Virus record (IMG/VR): IMGVR_UViG_3300042270_000314
Origin: a virus
Lineage: Duplodnaviria; Heunggongvirae; Uroviricota; Caudoviricetes
Length of the DNA: 64,000 nucleotides
Reading direction: 5' to 3' (one strand)
The translations under genes were made by a program, and so were the position numbers. This document shows, piece after piece, positions 1-10,774 of the stretch. The notes under the pieces were generated by a model. The model did no database searches and was not told the origin of the DNA. It saw only the letters and a program-made list of their open reading frames with translations. The stretch's first letter is position 1. Every line of letters begins with the position of its first letter.

Positions 1-178
1 GTATAAAAATATCTTTTCCATAAACATCAATTATTTCTTTAATATAAAAAGATGATGTGAAATAATTTTGTCAAAATTTTTCTGGTATTGAATTGTATTT
101 ACTATATTTGGCTCCAAAATAGTACTCACCTGTTAATTTTTGTGTAATTTTATAAACATAGGGTCTCACTTTATTCAT
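1..178 (-). CDS. GIY-YIG (Seg-like) homing endonuclease, 5' part only (runs off window); in-frame TGA at 71-73
   Basis: ATG at 178: MNKVRPYVYKITQKLTGEYYFGAKY...KF[TGA]QNYFTSS...IIDVYGKDIF. YVY/YFG motif; TGA at the Trp of the W-x-x-Y-F-x-S-S motif. Not in ORF track. Confidence 0.75.
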
Positions 179-197
179 TATTAGATCTCCTTCTATA

Positions 198-205
198 TAT
201 TTATA
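198..205 (-). promoter_or_regulatory. T4-type late promoter TATAAATA
   Basis: TATTTATA on + strand, intergenic, 20 nt upstream of ATG at 178. Confidence 0.6.
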
Positions 206-247
206 AAAACCAAAATACATAGAAGGTCATTCTAACCTCTTAAATGT

Positions 248-291
248 TTAGGGTGGCAAATAATTTTTATTTTAATCATTTGCCACCCTAA
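248..291. terminator. Hairpin, probable intrinsic terminator
   Basis: TTAGGGTGGCAAAT...ATTTGCCACCCTAA, 14-bp perfect stem just downstream of gene 314-805. Confidence 0.7.
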
Positions 292-313
292 TGTAAATAA
301 GTAATTTATTTAG

Positions 314-805
314 TTAATCAATTTCAATTACTTCAAAAACTGAATTATGCATTCCATAAATGTCAATATAGTCAGTACCCCGTTCAACACAAATAGATTC
401 CCTTAACATTTTTACAACAGTAAAAGAATTTTCATCATATTTGTCCCCTGTAAAATTCTCTAATGCTTCCAGAATTTGAAGTTGAAAATCATAATGAGAT
501 ACTGTCATATTCTTAGATAAAAATGTATTAATGAAGATTCTATTCTTAGAATATGTGGCAATCATTTTAAAGGTATCGAAGATTATAGCATACACACCAT
601 AATTTTTATTTTCCTTCTTAAGAATGTTAATGAATTTCTTCATGTATTCATAAACTTCTTTTTTGGTTTTACCAATTCTCTCAAGTCTGGAATCCATGGT
701 GTGTTCTTCACCAGCTTTCCCGGTATTCCAAAAAATCTTAACATTCTTATAGGGAAATTTGAACATGGGTTCGTGGCCCTCATTTATATATGAATAGAAA
801 TTCAT
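314..805 (-). CDS. hypothetical protein
   Basis: 163 aa ORF with upstream GGAG RBS; TAA stop. Confidence 0.6.
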   Translation of the reverse strand: MNFYSYINEGHEPMFKFPYKNVKIFWNTGKAGEEHTMDSRLERIGKTKKEVYEYMKKFINILKKENKNYGVYAIIFDTFKMIATYSKNRIFINTFLSKNMTVSHYDFQLQILEALENFTGDKYDENSFTVVKMLRESICVERGTDYIDIYGMHNSVFEVIEID

Positions 806-867
806 AAAAACTCCAATGTGTTTAAGTAATAATTTATTTATTCAAATTTCCCTATAATGTAAACAAA

Positions 868-1527
868 CTATTTCACAAGATGGAAATGGCGCTCGTAAAC
901 ATGAATTGAGCCCACTTGGTGAATGAGATCTCCAAGTTCCAATTCTGGATAATCAATCTTCAGATCTTTAAGAAGTTTATTATGTACATGTCTTGCCCAA
1001 TACAAATCGTTCTTGGCCCCAAATACTGCATCGCTCGAACGTTGATTAAGGATATAATGTAATTTATTGTTTCGAATAAGTGTCTGAACGGAATTAGTAC
1101 AAACGAAGTCGCTCATTCCATTTACATTATATTCCCATTGCATTGAAGGTCTTGTATAAATCATCATTGCTCTACGTGAATCTTTATCTCTACGTAATGT
1201 TCTTAGACAATTTTTATATTGTTCACCATTTTCTTTAGAATAAATTATCCAGCCATAATTTGAATTAATATATCCATTTTTATCACAAACTTGTCTCCAA
1301 ATCTGTGGGCATTTTGGAATATCATACACATTTAGTGACTGTGATTCATACCATTCTACTTCACGAGCAGCATAGTCCATATTAAGAGAACCAAAAATTA
1401 CTTCTTCATCTGCAATATAGGATTCACCAACTAATTCAATTGTTTTAACCCCGGTCTTATCAATGACAAACTCTTTATTTTTGAGTTTGTCAATAAAAGC
1501 GATTCTAATATCCTTAATAGTTTTCAT
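868..1527 (-). CDS. 42: dCMP hydroxymethylase (T4 gp42 homolog, thymidylate synthase fold)
   Basis: DKTGVKTIE, INSNYGW, DSRR..MIYTRPSMQ, GMSDFVCTN, KND, GSIHVYERHF match T4 gp42 as recalled; Asp (ND) at the cytosine-specificity position. Confidence 0.9.
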   Translation of the reverse strand: MKTIKDIRIAFIDKLKNKEFVIDKTGVKTIELVGESYIADEEVIFGSLNMDYAAREVEWYESQSLNVYDIPKCPQIWRQVCDKNGYINSNYGWIIYSKENGEQYKNCLRTLRRDKDSRRAMMIYTRPSMQWEYNVNGMSDFVCTNSVQTLIRNNKLHYILNQRSSDAVFGAKNDLYWARHVHNKLLKDLKIDYPELELGDLIHQVGSIHVYERHFHLVK

Positions 1528-1529
1528 CT

Positions 1530-2207
1530 CTAACCTCGTATAAGTTTTACAATTTCATATACTGATTCATCATATTTTTTACTCTGTACATCATTACAAC
1601 AATTAAGTTTTTCAATAATAGTATCTAGGGTTTTCATGGCCTTTTGTTCAATATCATCTTCTTTTAAAAAGATCAAAATTTCATTTAGAATCTCTTCTTT
1701 AGATTTATTTGTGACATCAATAATTTTCTTGTTAGGAATTTCTGTTATCATAACAGCTTCTTCAAACTTCTGTCTTTCAAAAATCTTATCATTTCTATCT
1801 GTAGAAAGTGATAACCCATCATCTCTTTCAAGAGTATTATCAATATTATCTCTAAGGAAAATTAAATAAACATCATTCCAAAATTTATGATTCATAAATT
1901 GATCTTCAAGCTTCCATAGATATGAAGGATTATACCCTCTATATCTAGAATACACATTTTCCCCAAGATGTGATCTATCACAAATTATATTAATGTTTTT
2001 GGAATGAAAATATTCAAAAGCTTCGAACATCTCTGTATAAAGTTGTTTTGAAAGTTTTCTAGCTTCTTCAGAATTTATAGATTTGACTCCTGAATAATGA
2101 AGGACATGAGCTGTTTTGTTTTGTTTATTCCAAAAATTAAAAAGAGCTTTTACATTAGTAGTTTTGAAACAATTGTCAAGACCTTCAAATAAAACAATTT
2201 TTGACAT
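1530..2207 (-). CDS. dNMP/thymidylate kinase-like P-loop protein
   Basis: FEGLDNCFKTT P-loop variant and ICDRSH motif; adjacent to gp42. Confidence 0.7.
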   Translation of the reverse strand: MSKIVLFEGLDNCFKTTNVKALFNFWNKQNKTAHVLHYSGVKSINSEEARKLSKQLYTEMFEAFEYFHSKNINIICDRSHLGENVYSRYRGYNPSYLWKLEDQFMNHKFWNDVYLIFLRDNIDNTLERDDGLSLSTDRNDKIFERQKFEEAVMITEIPNKKIIDVTNKSKEEILNEILIFLKEDDIEQKAMKTLDTIIEKLNCCNDVQSKKYDESVYEIVKLIRG

Positions 2208-2219
2208 ATAAACTCCAAA

Positions 2220-2248
2220 GGGGATTAGATAAAAATAATCTAATCCCC
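2220..2248. terminator. Hairpin, probable terminator
   Basis: GGGGATTAGAT...ATCTAATCCCC stem downstream of dut. Confidence 0.65.
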
Positions 2249-2270
2249 ATATTCTTAAATGTAAATAAGT

Positions 2271-2762
2271 TTAAACTCCTGTTGAACCAAATCCGCCAGA
2301 GCCTCGTGAAGTTTCTCGCTTCTCATACTCATCAATACCAATTTCCTCAGGCATACTACAACTAATTGGGATAAGAATAAATTGTGTAATCTTTTGCCCA
2401 TATTTAATTGTTTGCTCATTTTTTGAAACATTAACAAGATTGAGATGAAGCTCGCCTAAATAATCCGTGTCGATCACTTTTGCAAGAAGAGTAATTCCCT
2501 GCTTAGAAGCTACGCCAGATTTATCAAAAGCAATAAGTGCATGATAATCAGGGAACCATGTTTTAATTCCAGAAGGGATAAGAACCCTTTCAAGAGGAGC
2601 TAGATGAATACCCTCTTCGGTAATATATAGTCCAGGGTTCTTATCCCTTAGATCATTAACAAATTCTTTAGATCAATTTGGAACGAAAAAGTCGAGGCCT
2701 GCATCTGTAGGATTAGCACGATTGGGGCTCTTTACATCACGAACTTTACAAAATTTAAACAC
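2271..2762 (-). CDS. dut: dUTPase (trimeric); in-frame TGA at 2673-2675
   Basis: GTG start overlapping thyX stop. Motifs AGLDF, KSG, VIDTDYLGE and RGSGGFGSTG are in one frame only if TGA is read through. Confidence 0.9.
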
Positions 2763-3531
2763 TAAATTTTTCCTCCATTTCTTTTTTACTATTTTCTACA
2801 ATCTTATAAGCATTTTGTAAATCTGAAAGCTTTGGCATCATACCACAAGATTTTGCTTCCTTGCAAAATCCATTTTGAATACAGGCAGCAAATCCAAGCT
2901 TGTTATCTTTAAAAAATGTTGGTGCGATATCTCGACACATTGAAGACATCTTTTCAGCCATTTCTCGAATTTCCCACTGAGCACGCTTACACATTCTTTT
3001 AGCAAAAAATTCTCCAAGAGAACGAATATTCATTGTCATAACAATATTAGTAGTACAAGCATTAGGAAGAATAAATCGAGCATCTTCTGCTGGGATTCCG
3101 TTATTAGTAAGTCTTGTATAAAATTCCATAATATTATTCATGAAATTGTTATATGTTTCATTTAGAAACTTATTCTTTTGAATTGTATATGGAGTTACAT
3201 ATGTAAAATTCTTTTCATTTACATATCTTTGACTCTTTTGAGAATAACTTGCAATTCTATGGCGTACAAGTTGATGTGTTAATGCTCGACTAACACCCTC
3301 AATTAGAAATGTAAAAGAAACATGTTCAGCAACAGAATGATGACCAGAAGAAAGTACGTGCTTAATAGTTTTCTTCATTGTTTCAACTTCAGGATATTGC
3401 TTATTCATTGGATTAAAAGAATCATTATAACATTGAGCTAACGCAGTGTACACAACTTTATCTGGGGAATCTTCCTCACTATAAGTTTGTGTTATATTTG
3501 GAGTAGAATATCCAATTAGAGTTACTTTCAT
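2755..3531 (-). CDS. thyX: FAD-dependent thymidylate synthase ThyX
   Basis: GHHSVAEH, SRALTHQLVRHRIASYSQKSQRY, EDARFILP, AQWEIR motifs. Confidence 0.93.
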   Translation of the reverse strand: MKVTLIGYSTPNITQTYSEEDSPDKVVYTALAQCYNDSFNPMNKQYPEVETMKKTIKHVLSSGHHSVAEHVSFTFLIEGVSRALTHQLVRHRIASYSQKSQRYVNEKNFTYVTPYTIQKNKFLNETYNNFMNNIMEFYTRLTNNGIPAEDARFILPNACTTNIVMTMNIRSLGEFFAKRMCKRAQWEIREMAEKMSSMCRDIAPTFFKDNKLGFAACIQNGFCKEAKSCGMMPKLSDLQNAYKIVENSKKEMEEKFSV

Positions 3532-3532
3532 A

Positions 3533-3790
3533 TTATTTCTCCAATTCATTAACAATGTCATTATACATATTCTTCAAACCTTCGAGATACTTCTTATATC
3601 CAACATCGGTGATTGTTACCGATTCATCGAGGGTTTTCATAATCTCAATAGCCATAATTGAATCTAATTTTTCTGAAAGTTTTTCAATATCAGAGGGAGA
3701 CTCAACATCTCCCTCTAGTGATACTGTAACCTTCAGAGGGGCAAATGGAACTGTAGGAATTCCAATAGACCTTTCTAAAGATACTTTCAT
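3533..3790 (-). CDS. hypothetical protein
   Basis: 85 aa ORF packed in operon. Confidence 0.55.
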   Translation of the reverse strand: MKVSLERSIGIPTVPFAPLKVTVSLEGDVESPSDIEKLSEKLDSIMAIEIMKTLDESVTITDVGYKKYLEGLKNMYNDIVNELEK

Positions 3791-3971
3791 TTTTTAATCC
3801 TTTTTAGTAGGTTTTCTTACATATGAAAGAAAGGGATTATCTGTTTTTTCAATACCAACAATATTTCTTCCTTCAAGATTGATGTCCTTTTCAAGATAAA
3901 TTTTCTTACAAATCATGCACTGATATGTAACGGGATTATTAGTTTTAATAGGACGAAATTCCTTTAGTGCA

Positions 3972-5837
3972 TTACATAGACATCTGATATTCATTAAAAA
4001 ACTCCTCATAGGTTACAATTTTAATATTATTCTTTTTTGCTTTTTTCATTTTAGATGAAGAAGAATTTAAATCATCACACACCAAAATTTCTGTTTCATT
4101 GGAAAAATTAATAATTTCAAAGCCATGTTCCTTAAAAAGCTTTTCAAGTTCTTTGCGAGAAGCAGGGCCCTTTCCTGTAACTGTTACCTTTACGACATTG
4201 GAACTTTCCTCACTTAGAGTTTCCTCATTAAAAGTTAAACCATAGTTTTGACAGATACGATAAACAAGAGCAACGTTTTCAAGACTGTCGACAACCGATT
4301 TGAATATAGATTTACCAAAGCCTGGAATACTTGTAAATAGATTTTCATTAAGAGAAAAAATACTTTCAAATTTTTCTTTCGAAGTTAAAGATTTATCTAA
4401 AGAATCAATAAACTTCTTTGTGTTTTTTGTACCAAAAAAGGGTACACCTACTGCTGCAAGCAAAGTTTCAGGCTTTACATTTTTGATAGACTTATGAATT
4501 TCATCAATGATCATTGAAGCACTGGTTTCTCCAAATCCATCTCTATTCATAATATTATCAACTGTTAATTCAAAAACTTCAGTTAAATCTTTAACTTTGA
4601 GATTTCTAAAAGTTTGAGAAGAAATATTTTCAGCACCAAGTACTCTAAAAAAATATTCTAAAAACCCAATTACTTGTTCATAGCATTTTTTATTTTTACA
4701 AATAAGATCAACGCCCTTCATCTCAAGTTCAGATCCACATGAAGGGCAATTCTTTGCCATATCCATTTTAGCAGCGGGGATTGTTACTTCAATAATCTGA
4801 GGAATGATATCACCAGATTTTACAATCTTTACTTTTGAACTAATTCCAATCTTGTTGTCTAAAACATACTTAGCATTATGAGCAGTGGCTTTAGAAACAT
4901 TTGTACCGTCTATTGGCACAGGAGATTTGAAAATTGCAATTGGAACTACTCTTCCTGTTCGAGAAACATTCCATTCAATATAATCAATTTCAGTTTCAAT
5001 TCCTTCAGAATTTACTTTAAACGCAATCTTATTCTCGGGTCGTTCTACATTTTCTCGCTTATGATTTGTTGGGCAAATAACAAGACCATCTAAATCATAA
5101 CAGTAATCAATCTTCATTGAAACCAAAATACTTTTAAGCTCTTCAACTTTAAGTTCTGAAAGAAGGTGATATTCTACTACATCAATACCCATTTCTGTAA
5201 GTTCATTAAAATCAACAATTAAAGATTCATTAGTTGAATTAATATATTCATAAAACAAACAATCAATGTTTTCACAACCTTCAACACCATCCTTATTAAG
5301 GAGACCGGCAACACCATTGCGAGTATTTGAAAATCCTAGAGAAGCAAAGATATTTTTGTTTAAAAGACATTCACCGCGAAGATCGACCCGGTTTTTGTTT
5401 TTGATTTTCTTTGGGAGAAACTTCAAAGCTTTATGTGTAATATCAAATCCAAAGTGGCCATCCCCACGAGTCGTTGCTAAAACAAGTTCTCCATTTTCAT
5501 ATCGTACAAAAATAGATGCACCATCGAGTTTTGGCATAATACAAAAAAATTCATCACTTGAAAATTTCTTTATCCAAGAAGAAATTGTATCGGTTTTAAA
5601 CTTCTTTAGAGAGCCAAGAACATAATCATGCTTAATCTTTTGAGATTTTGTTGGAACTGGAGCGCCAACTGATTGAAAATATTCATTATCGGGGTAAAGC
5701 ATTTGAGCTTTATCTTTTAATTCATCATAAAATTCATCTGAGAACATCGATGTTTCAGAATTATAATATGCATTGTCTGCATCTTTTAGCAATTCAATGA
5801 TATCATCTTCACACATTAAATTTAACTTATCTAACAT
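3972..5837 (-). CDS. ligA: NAD-dependent DNA ligase
   Basis: KLDG adenylation motif, TRGDG, RGE, VSRTG, CPSC zinc finger, C-terminal BRCT-like region. Confidence 0.93.
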   Translation of the reverse strand: MLDKLNLMCEDDIIELLKDADNAYYNSETSMFSDEFYDELKDKAQMLYPDNEYFQSVGAPVPTKSQKIKHDYVLGSLKKFKTDTISSWIKKFSSDEFFCIMPKLDGASIFVRYENGELVLATTRGDGHFGFDITHKALKFLPKKIKNKNRVDLRGECLLNKNIFASLGFSNTRNGVAGLLNKDGVEGCENIDCLFYEYINSTNESLIVDFNELTEMGIDVVEYHLLSELKVEELKSILVSMKIDYCYDLDGLVICPTNHKRENVERPENKIAFKVNSEGIETEIDYIEWNVSRTGRVVPIAIFKSPVPIDGTNVSKATAHNAKYVLDNKIGISSKVKIVKSGDIIPQIIEVTIPAAKMDMAKNCPSCGSELEMKGVDLICKNKKCYEQVIGFLEYFFRVLGAENISSQTFRNLKVKDLTEVFELTVDNIMNRDGFGETSASMIIDEIHKSIKNVKPETLLAAVGVPFFGTKNTKKFIDSLDKSLTSKEKFESIFSLNENLFTSIPGFGKSIFKSVVDSLENVALVYRICQNYGLTFNEETLSEESSNVVKVTVTGKGPASRKELEKLFKEHGFEIINFSNETEILVCDDLNSSSSKMKKAKKNNIKIVTYEEFFNEYQMSM

Positions 5838-6436
5838 GTTTTAGTATCCTCACTAATAAAAAATTGTCCAAAAATTTGGGTTTTAAATTGTTCTTCTGAT
5901 AACCTGTTTTTAAAGTCATCATAATAAGAATAAATTGTTGTGTTGGGGTCTGTTAAAAAACTACCATATAAATATTTAAAGTCATTTTGTTTCTCTGTAT
6001 CGTGGAATTCAACATCCATATCAATATAGTCCAAACATAAATTACTAATTTGTTTTAAATAACGACAAAGATCTATAAGTTTTTTATTATATCTTCTAAC
6101 AGGACTAGTTTTAATATAGACGGTATCTTCTACATATTTTACATATTCATCATATAAAATGTATTGTTGTGTTTCATTATATAGAAAAAATTCATCTAAA
6201 AATAGATTACTACATTTACATATTCTACCACGAGTATTGGACCTTATGTTGTAAATAAATTCTTGAATTGTAAAAACATCGATACCAGCATCATTATATA
6301 CCCTTTTACATGGGTGTGTTGGCACTACAACATTAATGGGGTGTTGTAAATTATGATTTAGTTTATTATATAAAGAAATAAACGAAGCTGTCTTCCCAAA
6401 TTGCCTGGGTAAAATTTCAAATTCGCATTTTTTCAT
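5831..6436 (-). CDS. P-loop-like hypothetical protein
   Basis: PRQFGKT and LFLDEF resemble Walker A/B. Confidence 0.45.
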   Translation of the reverse strand: MKKCEFEILPRQFGKTASFISLYNKLNHNLQHPINVVVPTHPCKRVYNDAGIDVFTIQEFIYNIRSNTRGRICKCSNLFLDEFFLYNETQQYILYDEYVKYVEDTVYIKTSPVRRYNKKLIDLCRYLKQISNLCLDYIDMDVEFHDTEKQNDFKYLYGSFLTDPNTTIYSYYDDFKNRLSEEQFKTQIFGQFFISEDTKTC

Positions 6437-6630
6437 TAGTACACCTCATTAGGTAGATGTTTTTGGATTGCAACTAATATTGATTTGGTATCATTCAGCA
6501 ACACCATATCACTGACATGTGTATTACCCTCAATTACTCTTTGAATAGCATCAATATTCTTTTGAATTGATTCTTGAGTCGGTTGTTTATAGGGATATGG
6601 TCCTGACAAGAGTTCAATACATACTTTCAT
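6436..6630 (-). CDS. hypothetical protein
   Basis: 64 aa ORF, TAATG-coupled on both sides. Confidence 0.55.
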   Translation of the reverse strand: MKVCIELLSGPYPYKQPTQESIQKNIDAIQRVIEGNTHVSDMVLLNDTKSILVAIQKHLPNEVY

Positions 6631-7058
6631 TACTTACCTTCCAATTTCCAAGAATTTTCATAATTATCTTCTGAAAGATCTCTTCCCTTTACAAAGGTAA
6701 TATTACCCTTTCTATTAGAAAAGTAAACCTTATTAATACCAAGAAATTTTAAAAATCCCTGACACATAGGGCACGGGTAAGCCAAAGAAAACTTCCCTGA
6801 ATTGTTTATCCGAACAATCAAAATATCAGCATTCTTAGCTTTATTCCAATGTTTTAAATTAAGAATTGCGGATTGTTCAGCATGAATCGTATTATCAAAA
6901 TATTTGTATTTGGGGTGAATTTTACCATTACCGCGAATTTCATTGTGTCCAGACGATAATATTCGAGGTCCCTTAAAAACCACAGCTCCCATCTTATACG
7001 GATGATACTCCGACGATCGAGCTTCTTCTATAGCTCTTTCAATTATTCCTAAATGCAT
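6630..7058 (-). CDS. cytidine/deoxycytidylate deaminase family protein
   Basis: HAE and PCPMC zinc-binding motifs. Confidence 0.85.
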   Translation of the reverse strand: MHLGIIERAIEEARSSEYHPYKMGAVVFKGPRILSSGHNEIRGNGKIHPKYKYFDNTIHAEQSAILNLKHWNKAKNADILIVRINNSGKFSLAYPCPMCQGFLKFLGINKVYFSNRKGNITFVKGRDLSEDNYENSWKLEGK

Positions 7059-7071
7059 ATCTTGCTCTCAA

Positions 7072-7596
7072 TTATCCATTAAATGTTCCTTCTAAGATTT
7101 TATTAAAAAGTTTAACTACTTTACATTCAAGATCATACTTGGAACCATTATTATCAATAATATAATCATATCTATAGTTTTTAACATTAGAATCTGCATC
7201 ATTACTGAATACTTTATTATTATTACGTTGTATAAGGATTGTAAACACAGGGGTTGGTGAGTTCAAAAGACTTTCTTTAAAGATTTCAATTTCTTTAGGT
7301 TCTCGAACATGAAAAAAACATATATAGGGAGATTCAAAATCTTTCAAAGAACTTAGCATATAAAGGAGTGAATGATTATAGAATTTACTTGCAATCATTT
7401 TAAGTTGATGGAGAAATTCCCGGTCCGTTTCATCTTTTGATCCAGTCCACCCTAATAGTTTTGCAGCTTCTCTGACTTTATCAATAGATGAAACATTATA
7501 GATATTAAAATATTTTGAAAAATTATTTCTAACAAAATCAACAACTGTATCTTTACCCGAGGTACCGGAACCATTAATAATAAAAATGTAATTCAA
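7072..7596 (-). CDS. P-loop nucleotide kinase-like protein
   Basis: INGSGTSGKDT Walker A. Confidence 0.65.
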   Translation of the reverse strand: MNYIFIINGSGTSGKDTVVDFVRNNFSKYFNIYNVSSIDKVREAAKLLGWTGSKDETDREFLHQLKMIASKFYNHSLLYMLSSLKDFESPYICFFHVREPKEIEIFKESLLNSPTPVFTILIQRNNNKVFSNDADSNVKNYRYDYIIDNNGSKYDLECKVVKLFNKILEGTFNG

Positions 7597-7598
7597 AT

Positions 7599-8279
7599 TT
7601 ACTTCCTCCGAATTTTTGTAATAGACTTGAGGAGAATTCTCTTTTCTTCTCCATTATAATTGATAAAAGCACAGCGAGCATTTGTTCGAAAAAGTTCATA
7701 TTCCACTCCACGATAGGTAACGATAAACTTACCCATATAATACTTATGGGGTTCAATACCTAAAGATTCAAATGTTACCTTAGAAGAATTTTTAGGTGTA
7801 CTTTTTCTAATCTTCTTAAGTTCATCTTTCCAATATTTAATTTCCCACCTATAGAGATCATTAATACGAGATCTTAAAATTTCAAATTTTCCATCGAGAT
7901 CTTGGAGCGAGCGATTAATTGTAAATATACCAGATCCATTAGTAAAATAAACTGTACTCTTATAAGACTTAATAAACCAAACTTCGTGAATACCTCTATT
8001 ATCCTTAAATCTAGCTCTCATTCCAGATTTAAATATTGTGCTATGTTTTGCAAAATCAAATTTTGCCCAAAGATTATCAGATTTTTTCTGACGATATGTA
8101 TGTTGAGTTTTCTGTTCTCCTTTGATCAATCCCCATTGAATGGCAAGCCTCATAAGTTCAGAGGGGTCATTCTTATTCTTCATGATCTCAGTAACTTTTA
8201 CCCCAGCATCCTTAATATTAGGATTCAGATCAGGATGAACCATTTTGATCAATTCTTTGTAATTCATTTCAAACCTCAA
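7599..8279 (-). CDS. protein with short N-terminal J-domain-like segment
   Basis: YKELIKMVHPDLNP HPD motif. Confidence 0.55.
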   Translation of the reverse strand: MRFEMNYKELIKMVHPDLNPNIKDAGVKVTEIMKNKNDPSELMRLAIQWGLIKGEQKTQHTYRQKKSDNLWAKFDFAKHSTIFKSGMRARFKDNRGIHEVWFIKSYKSTVYFTNGSGIFTINRSLQDLDGKFEILRSRINDLYRWEIKYWKDELKKIRKSTPKNSSKVTFESLGIEPHKYYMGKFIVTYRGVEYELFRTNARCAFINYNGEEKRILLKSITKIRRK

Positions 8280-8303
8280 TTGTTTAATTGATTTGATGAA
8301 TTC

Positions 8304-8332
8304 AGATTATCAAAATTCAAATACTTTGTAAA
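8304..8332 (-). promoter_or_regulatory. sigma70-type early promoter
   Basis: TTTACA-17 nt-TAATCT with extended TG. Confidence 0.7.
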
Positions 8333-8477
8333 CTATTATTTTATTGTTTCACCAATCAATATAATTCTATATACTATACCCTCCGTACCAAGTTAATATA
8401 TTAACTAACCTATTCCGGATAAGATGTAAACAGGGAAAGTTAAAAATATGGTGGTATTTTTACACTATATGGAAATA

Positions 8478-8690
8478 AGTCCGGAAATCTCGAGATTCTG
8501 AGGGTTTTCCGAAAGCTTAATTATTTCAATAACTTAGAAATCCGCCAAAATCTTAGTTTTCCTAATCATTTCAATACCTTACGAGAAAATCTCGAATTCC
8601 ACTAAAAAAACGTAATGTTTTATACATCATTTTCTTAGGATTTCTAAGATTTCTAAAAAGTTTAATTATTTTAATAACTTATTTTTCCAT
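8478..8690 (+). repeat. Dispersed ~200 bp intergenic repeat, copy A
   Basis: Reverse complement of 24885-25078 (GTCCGGAAATCTC.AGATTCTGAGGGTTTTCCGAAAGC.TAATTATTTCAATAACTTAGAAATCC.CCAAAATCT). Confidence 0.85.
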
Positions 8691-8760
8691 ATTTACATTT
8701 ACTTTCCACCAAATTAAATATGAATAAGAAGAACATATTTAAGAGGAGAATCTAAAATTA

Positions 8761-10086
8761 ATGTCAGTTTTATCTCAAGAGTATTTGGAAAAAGTCATTT
8801 TAAAATCGTTCATTGAGGACAAGCATTTTTGTACCCTGTTGTCTTCAGAAACAGAAGAACGATTTTTTGAAAATCTAGAAGCATCTGAAATCTTTACTAT
8901 TGTAAAAGAATATTATCAACAATATATAGAACTTCCTACAAAAGATATCATTATTAATTCAGCTAAGAAGCCAAATGAAATTAAAAAATATTTAGAAGAC
9001 GTTGAGCAAGTAGAAGTATCGAATCAGATGTTTCTATATGAGCAGACTGAAAAATGACTTAAGGAGTCTGCTTTCAAATACGCTATTATGGATAGTGTTG
9101 ATCTTGTTAAAAAGAAACAAGATATTTCTAAAGCTCGGGAATATATTGAAAATGCTTTAACAAAAACTCTAAAGAAGCAAATTGGGTTAGATTATTGGGG
9201 TGATCTGTCTGAACGACTAAAAAGGATGTTTTCCGCTGAAAATGAAAGACTTCCCACGTATTTTCCTCAATTAGATGAATATCTAAATGGTGGATTACCT
9301 CCTTATACTCTTTCAGTAATTGTAGCTGCGATGCATGCTGGAAAATCCAACCTTATGGTAAATATGGCTGTTCGCCAGATGATGAAAGGTCATAATGTTG
9401 TTTATTTGAGTTTAGAAATGGCTGAAGATGAATTAGCCAAACGTGTAGATGCTCAATTAACCAAATTAGATATTAATAGGATTTATGATTCTAAAAAGAA
9501 AGAATTTCTTACTAATCTCAAAAGTGTAAAAACTGGAGGTGAAGGACGACTTCTTTTCAAACAGTTTCCCACGGGTACAGCAAGCGTCAATGATTTTAGA
9601 AGTTACCTATATGAACTTCAAATGAGGGATATTAGAATTGATTGTATTTATGTGGATTATTTAAATATTATGAGACCGACGGCTTCAAGTGGAGATGGAA
9701 ATTTATATACAGATGTAAAGAAAATCGGAGAAGAACTTCGTGCAATGTCATACATCTTTAAATGTCCTATTGTTACAGCAACTCAAACGACACGACAAGG
9801 TGTAATTTCTGAGATTGGTGAAATTTCATTTGCAATGCTTTCAGAATCTATTGGTACTGCGGCAACAGCAGATTTTATTATGGTTCTTGGATCAGATAGT
9901 GATTCTCTTGTTTACCAGAATGAAATCTTTTATAAAATACTTAAAAATAGATTGGGCGGACGTGTGGGTGAGATTGATAAAATGTATGTAGATAATCGAT
10001 CATTAAAAATGTATGATTCAGTTGAACTAGATCAGTGGATTTCCGATGCAACAATTAGCGGTGCTAACACACAAATGGCGAATTAG
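8761..10086 (+). CDS. 41: Replicative DnaB-like helicase (T4 gp41); in-frame TGA at 9055-9057
   Basis: Two track ORFs join in frame via TEK[TGA]LKESAFKYAIMDS, matching the gp41 TEKW motif; Walker A AAMHAGKS, VDYL, TATQ, KNR.GG. Confidence 0.9.
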
Positions 10087-10111
10087 AATAAATAAACAAA
10101 AGGAGTTTATT

Positions 10112-10345
10112 ATGTCAGAGAAAATTAATGATATGGAAGAAATACCTCTTACAGGAACAAAGGTCCCAGTAAATTTTGTTTTTGAATCTGAAGAGGGTGA
10201 AGATGAAGAATTCACAATTGAAATGGACTCCCAGGTATTTTATATTCTGTGTCAAGAAGCAATGAGAAAAGGTATTCGAGTAGAAGATTTCATTCTAGAG
10301 TCTTTACTTGAATATATGGAGGAACCTAATGGAGACCGTAGTTAG
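10112..10345 (+). CDS. acidic hypothetical protein
   Basis: ATG with AGGAG RBS. Confidence 0.55.
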   Translation: MSEKINDMEEIPLTGTKVPVNFVFESEEGEDEEFTIEMDSQVFYILCQEAMRKGIRVEDFILESLLEYMEEPNGDRS

Positions 10346-10409
10346 TATGAAGGATGTCCTTCTTACATGAATTTCAAAAAATAAAAAATATGCAACAAAT
10401 AATCTAAAA

Positions 10410-10610
10410 ATGCATAAAGATATTTTTGATATTCTATTTTATTTACTTTTGGAAGAATTTATTGACAGAACAGACAATGAAACTTTAGAAGAATTAATAG
10501 ATAATGTATGTAGTAAATATCAAAGAAGCGTTATTTGTGAATCCACAATAGAACAATTTAAACAAATTATTATGAATAATAGAAAAATGTTTACAGAGGA
10601 CGAAGTTTAA
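10410..10610 (+). CDS. hypothetical protein
   Basis: 66 aa ORF. Confidence 0.45.
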   Translation: MHKDIFDILFYLLLEEFIDRTDNETLEELIDNVCSKYQRSVICESTIEQFKQIIMNNRKMFTEDEV

Positions 10611-10774
10611 TGGTTGTTCAATCTATTGCAATGTTTTTTATTTTATTATCATTACAAACTTCTTATAATGTGGTTTTTCTAGGACTAAGTAAAGAATATA
10701 AAATGATACCTGGTTTATTTTTTATTTTGGGTATTTGCATTTTTGGTTTGAGTTTATAATTATCAGGAGAATAC

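Noticed and set aside
868-1527. Ordinary thymidylate synthase ThyA
   Set aside because: Matches T4 gp42 motifs, has Asp at the specificity site, and ThyX is present nearby
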